64,000 bases of DNA from positions 248,001 through 312,000 of the forward strand of contig NW_027191455.1 in NCBI RefSeq assembly GCF_011745625.1, in the 5' to 3' direction. Each line of letters begins with the position of its first letter. Position 1 is the first letter of the stretch. Below are positions 59,707-64,000 of this stretch, one piece after another. The DNA is from Cladosporium halotolerans (Eukaryota). The position numbers and the translations under genes were made by a program. The notes under the pieces were generated by a model. The model searched no databases. It was not told the DNA's origin and saw nothing but the letters and a program-made list of their open reading frames with translations.

Positions 59707-62700
59707 CTAGTAAACCTCAAGCACATACCTGCCCTCCTCCTTCAACCTCTCGATCTCCTTGTGCCCATCCTTCTTCTTGCCCTCCGCCGCCGTCTCGATC
59801 TCAATGCCCTCCTCCAGCACAGCCGTAACATCCGGCACCGGCCAGGTAGGACCACAGAGGTAGAACGCGCCCTCCTCGCGCAAGTACGCCTGGCGGATCT
59901 CGCTCAGCGACTCGCGCATGCGGTCCTGGATGTAGATCTTCTGCGGCTGGTCGCGGGAGAAGGCGGCGCCGAGGAGCGTGACGATGCCGGCCGCCTGGTA
60001 GGCCTCCCACTCCTCGCCGTACAGGTACTCCTCGCGCTGGTGGCGCGAGCCCATGTACAGCAGGACGTCGCCGATGGGCATGCCCTGCTGGCGCTGCCAG
60101 GCGCGCTCCTGGACGAAGGCGCGGAAGGGCGCGAGGCCCGTGCCGAGGCCGGCCATGATGAGGGGCTGCGTGGTCTTGGGCGGGAGCTTCATGACGGAGG
60201 GTTTGACGGAGACGGTGACGGGGCTGCCGACGGAGAGGGCATTGAGGTAGCGAGTTGCTTGGCCGAAGCGGTCGCGGCCGGACGGGTCGACCCAGTTGAC
60301 GGTGACGATGAGGAGGGAGACGCTGTTGGGGGTGACCTTTTGCGAGGAGGCGATGGAGTACTCGCGGCGCTTCATGGGGTTGACGATGCGGACGATGTCA
60401 TGGAAGCTGGGGTGCGCGGACTTGTACTCGAGCAGGAGGTCGGCGAAGGTGATGGTGTCGACCTCGGCGCGGCGCTTGAACTCGAGGACGGACTCCTGGT
60501 TGCCGCCAGTGCCGAGCAGCATCAGATTCTCCTTCTCCTTGGGGTCGGTGGCAAACTCAGACAGAGCCTCGTAGAAGCGCTTGGGCGGGCGGCCGAAGAT
60601 GTCGACGTTCTGCATGAGGGCCTGGTAGACGGTACGGTTCTCGTAGACGTTGGGGTCCTCGCGACTGGGCACCTCGACAATCTCCTCGGCATCGAGACCG
60701 TACCACTTGATGAACGCCTCGACCTCGCCCTGGTCGTTCTCGGCGTGGATACCAAGAGCCTCACCGATCTCGTACTTGAGACCGGTGTTGCCAAGGTCGA
60801 ACTCGATGTGGAAGATGTTACGGTCGTAGGTGGAGGGGGTGAGTCTGCGGCGCTCCTTGACAGTGGCGATGCAGGTCTTCTGGGCGAGTTCAGGCTTGAG
60901 CGCAGCGGTAGTGCCGTAAGCCTCCTTGAAGAGAAGACCCTTGGCGGCGACGGTCCACTTCTTGAGAGCGGCAGGGGTCTCCTCGTCAATCTTCTGGTAA
61001 GCGGCGAAGCTGTTGGCGTTGAGGTCCTCTGCGGCGGGCAGAGCCTCGTTGGCCTCCAGCTCGAGATTGAGCCAAGTCGAGGGGACCTCAATGGTCTTGA
61101 GAGTGGTCTCGAGGTCCTTGGCGAGGACATCAAGCACATCGCCGCTAGCCTGGAGCTTCTTGAGGCCAGTCTCGTAGAGGCTGGGCTGGGCGATCTTAAG
61201 GAATGCCAGCTGGAGCAGGTAGTTCTCGAGCTCGGGCTCCTCACCAACCTTGGTGGAGGCAGCAGGGTCAAGGACGACAAGAGATATGGACTTGGCAGCG
61301 ATGGCCTTGCGGAGGGGCGTGCTGAACTTCTTCTCAAGGTCCTCATCCTTCCAGCCGGAAGACTTGACAATGAGGGTGCCCTCCTGCTTAACGCTGTCGA
61401 CAATGTCAAACTCCTTCAGGAGCTTCTCGTGGCCAACAACGACGACATCGGCGTTCTTGACACTGTAAGCAGCCTCGATGCTCTTGGCAGAAGTACGGAG
61501 ATCAGTCCTGATCGAGCCGCCCTGGACGAGGTTGTCGTGGGCGCTGCGAACGGACACGTTGAGAGAGCTGTCGCCGGAAAGAAGCTGGCCGACCATGATG
61601 GGCGCGGCGGCGGAAGCGCTCTCGTCGACATCCCAGAAGGTGTACTGCTTGACGTCCTCGGAAGTGAGGGTCAAGGGAACCTCTGGCTGCTCCACGACCT
61701 CGCCAGGCTTGGAGCTGAGCTTGCGGAGCAGGTTCTCCATGGTCTTGACGGTCCAGACGGTCTCGCGGCCGTATTTAATGTCGTAAACGCCAGGCTCCTT
61801 GCCGGAGGCAGCAGACTGGAAGTTGACGGCGGCCAGGACATCGCTGTAGAGAGCACTGGTGACAGAGCTGTCGGCGACGCTGGCGTTGTCCTGGACCTGG
61901 CCGAGGACGGTGATCTGCTCGACGCTGGGGGCGAGGACCTCAAGGAACTCCTCTTCGGCGAAGGGACGGTAGACACGGACGTTGACAACACCGACCCTGA
62001 TGTTCTCCTGGGCGAGGGCCTCAGCGATCTGAGCGCTCAGGCTGGCCTCGACAGTGCCGAAGACAACCATGATGCGGGTGGGAGAGGCATGTCCGTGGTA
62101 CTCAAAGCTCTTGTACTCGGTGCCGAGCTCCTCGTTGAGAGCAGACATGATCTTGGAGAGCTTGCCCTCGTTGGTGAGCTTCTTGGAGTGGAGGTCTTCC
62201 TGGACGGTGGACAGGACGGAGTCGTAGCTGCGCTTGAGGCCGGCAACGCTGAGCGCATCAACGATGCGGGTGGTCTCACGGCCGACAGTGATGCCATCGT
62301 AGGTGTGAACGGTCGGCTGGACAGAGGCAAGGAGCGTGGCCAGGAGAGACATGTGCTGGATCTCATAGGCGCTCTTGCTGGTGACGAGGCCCATACCGAG
62401 CTCCTCGGCCAGAGCGAGAGAAGCAGTGTAGTCGGTGACAAGGCCGGCCTTGGTCTCGGCGGCATAGTCGACAGCCGCGACCTGGAGGGCAGTCGGGCTG
62501 GCGACATCGTACAGCAGGCTCAACTCATCCAGCGCAGGACGCATCTGAGTCAGGCTGGCGGCGCTCGCCACGATGCTCTGGGGCCAACTCCTCCTGCTCA
62601 TGTCGAAGCCGGGGTAGAACATGTAGCCGAGCGCCATGCTGCCGGCACCGTTCCTGGTTTGAAGAGACTTGACGTCCGTGACCTCGCCAAAGGCGTTCTT

Positions 62701-62913
62701 CTCTTTCGCGGCCTGCCATGCTTGCGCTGCAACGTCGAGATCGAAGGACTCGGGCGAGTAGGCGAAGAGCTTGTTAGACAAGGCGTACGCGACCTGCTGG
62801 ACGATTGTCTGGGCGGTCAGGTAGGTAGGGCCGGAGACGGACGACAGGGCGACATCCTGGCCGAAGGGCAGCGCGGACGACTTGTTGGCGAAGTTGTCCT
62901 GAGGCTGGGCCAT
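59707..62913 (-). CDS. MET10: Sulfite reductase (NADPH) flavoprotein alpha subunit
   Basis: PFOR-like N-region; RRLTPSTYDRNIFHIEFD, KRREYSIASS, MAGLGTGLAPFRAF, FYLCGPTWPVPD, RYVLEVY*. Confidence 0.96.
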   Translation of the reverse strand: MAQPQDNFANKSSALPFGQDVALSSVSGPTYLTAQTIVQQVAYALSNKLFAYSPESFDLDVAAQAWQAAKEKNAFGEVTDVKSLQTRNGAGSMALGYMFYPGFDMSRRSWPQSIVASAASLTQMRPALDELSLLYDVASPTALQVAAVDYAAETKAGLVTDYTASLALAEELGMGLVTSKSAYEIQHMSLLATLLASVQPTVHTYDGITVGRETTRIVDALSVAGLKRSYDSVLSTVQEDLHSKKLTNEGKLSKIMSALNEELGTEYKSFEYHGHASPTRIMVVFGTVEASLSAQIAEALAQENIRVGVVNVRVYRPFAEEEFLEVLAPSVEQITVLGQVQDNASVADSSVTSALYSDVLAAVNFQSAASGKEPGVYDIKYGRETVWTVKTMENLLRKLSSKPGEVVEQPEVPLTLTSEDVKQYTFWDVDESASAAAPIMVGQLLSGDSSLNVSVRSAHDNLVQGGSIRTDLRTSAKSIEAAYSVKNADVVVVGHEKLLKEFDIVDSVKQEGTLIVKSSGWKDEDLEKKFSTPLRKAIAAKSISLVVLDPAASTKVGEEPELENYLLQLAFLKIAQPSLYETGLKKLQASGDVLDVLAKDLETTLKTIEVPSTWLNLELEANEALPAAEDLNANSFAAYQKIDEETPAALKKWTVAAKGLLFKEAYGTTAALKPELAQKTCIATVKERRRLTPSTYDRNIFHIEFDLGNTGLKYEIGEALGIHAENDQGEVEAFIKWYGLDAEEIVEVPSREDPNVYENRTVYQALMQNVDIFGRPPKRFYEALSEFATDPKEKENLMLLGTGGNQESVLEFKRRAEVDTITFADLLLEYKSAHPSFHDIVRIVNPMKRREYSIASSQKVTPNSVSLLIVTVNWVDPSGRDRFGQATRYLNALSVGSPVTVSVKPSVMKLPPKTTQPLIMAGLGTGLAPFRAFVQERAWQRQQGMPIGDVLLYMGSRHQREEYLYGEEWEAYQAAGIVTLLGAAFSRDQPQKIYIQDRMRESLSEIRQAYLREEGAFYLCGPTWPVPDVTAVLEEGIEIETAAEGKKKDGHKEIERLKEEGRYVLEVY

Positions 62914-63993
62914 TTTCGGCGGCAGCGGGGTGGGATGGGGCGGGAGTCGTGGGATTGGTGCGACGGTGGTGAATTCCCGCAACAGGAGCCCGTAAACAAA
63001 GAAATGCAGACAGCAGGGCGATACAGGAAGGAAAACGCCAACAGATGCCGCTGCGAAGGAGAGTAGTGAAGGCGGGATGAATAATGGGGAATGGCAGCGG
63101 AGGCGAGTGGCCGAAGTCGCAGGCCGGACGACTTTTTGGCGCTTGTCAATCAACAATTCGCAGAACCCTGCAATCACGCCATCGCGACCTCGCGCTTTGT
63201 ACCGCAGCCTTCTCAAAAGCCGACGGAATTAGCGTCTGGTAGAATGAATTCGCGGGCTCTCGCAATGGGATTATTTGTGATTTTACCAGCTTCCATTGTT
63301 CTTCTTGATCTATGCAGCGCCTCTACTCAAGTGATAGAAGAAAATCTCGTCTGGTGAGCGCATCATGGACCGGTGTCGAACGCGCCTATAATTATGGCCG
63401 ATTTCGATAATCGAGGGACACCGGCATCCAACAGAATCAATGGAGAATCAGCAGCCGAGGATCCGGCAGTTCAGAAATTCGATGACTGGACATGCCGTCA
63501 GTACTTGCGTCTCTGATGTCTGAGACAACAATCGACCTCTCCAGGGACAAACCCAACAATTGCCTTATATCCCATCGCACAACCCTACATCTTCTAACCT
63601 TCAAGCCCGCATCGCACCCATGCACGCCCAGCAGATCTCAGATCCGGCGGCACGGGCCCGGGCCCGGGAGCCGCATCGCCAACGATGACCAAAGGACGTC
63701 CGGGGGAGGGCTGGAAGATCGCAGCGCGTGCGTGGGTGACGTCTAGCGGGCCATCTCACAGCGCGCGGTCGACCAAAATTCAACAGATCCATCCACACAT
63801 CTCGTCCTCTCCAACCCTACCATGTATCCTATACCAAACCCTCTCAAAATAGAAAAATAATACGAAGATGTCACCCCACAACCCGATATGAAGCGCCAGC
63901 CGCCCTCCCTCTAAAACCCAACTAAAACTACAGCTCAAACATCGCCGCATCCCACCCTAAGATAAAAGCCACCCACCACCCACCCCACCAACC

Positions 63994-64000
63994 ATGGCCG
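63994..64000 (+). other. Probable start codon of the next gene (runs off window)
   Basis: ACCATGG in strong context after a C/A-rich leader like those preceding other genes here. Confidence 0.35.

Noticed and set aside
59608..63066. 1152-aa antisense ORF over MET10, and similar long antisense ORFs over ADE6, GluRS, the SLM1-like gene, REI1 and UBC8
   Set aside because: These are mirror-frame ORFs expected from strong C/G third-position bias, with no recognisable motifs
1..64000. CRISPR arrays, rRNA, intact transposons, AT-rich RIP blocks, TGA-CTA readthrough PTS1 signals
   Set aside because: None seen by eye; the stop-codon contexts checked do not match the readthrough motif

Overview
Gene-dense, intron-containing nuclear DNA of a filamentous ascomycete; the gene families suggest a Dothideomycete, which is inference. 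About 33 protein-coding loci and two intron-containing tRNA genes (Pro-UGG, Lys-UUU) were reconstructed by hand. Most are housekeeping genes: PDC-like, bL27m, AP-1 mu, Trk, ADE6, PP2A B56, TFIIIC tau95, COX6, GluRS, PanE-like, UBC8, PanB, ATG12, DBF4, TRM7, SLM1-like, REI1 and MET10. A tRNA-associated accessory patch (about 22-32.5 kb) holds a frameshifted Zn2Cys6 factor, a half-truncated MFS transporter whose promoter has a 9-bp-periodic CGG array, an ORF with an apparent premature TAG, a lectin-like coiled-coil protein and two small conserved unknown genes. Other leads are PanE/PanB co-localisation, an obligatory GC-donor intron in ATG12, an alternative B56 C-terminus, an NTAN1/CheD-like ORF lacking the catalytic Cys, and a protease-like relic next to interstitial TTAGGG repeats. 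No CRISPR array, rRNA or intact transposon was seen. All homology calls are from recognised motifs, not database searches, and I cannot demonstrate a definitively novel system from the sequence alone.
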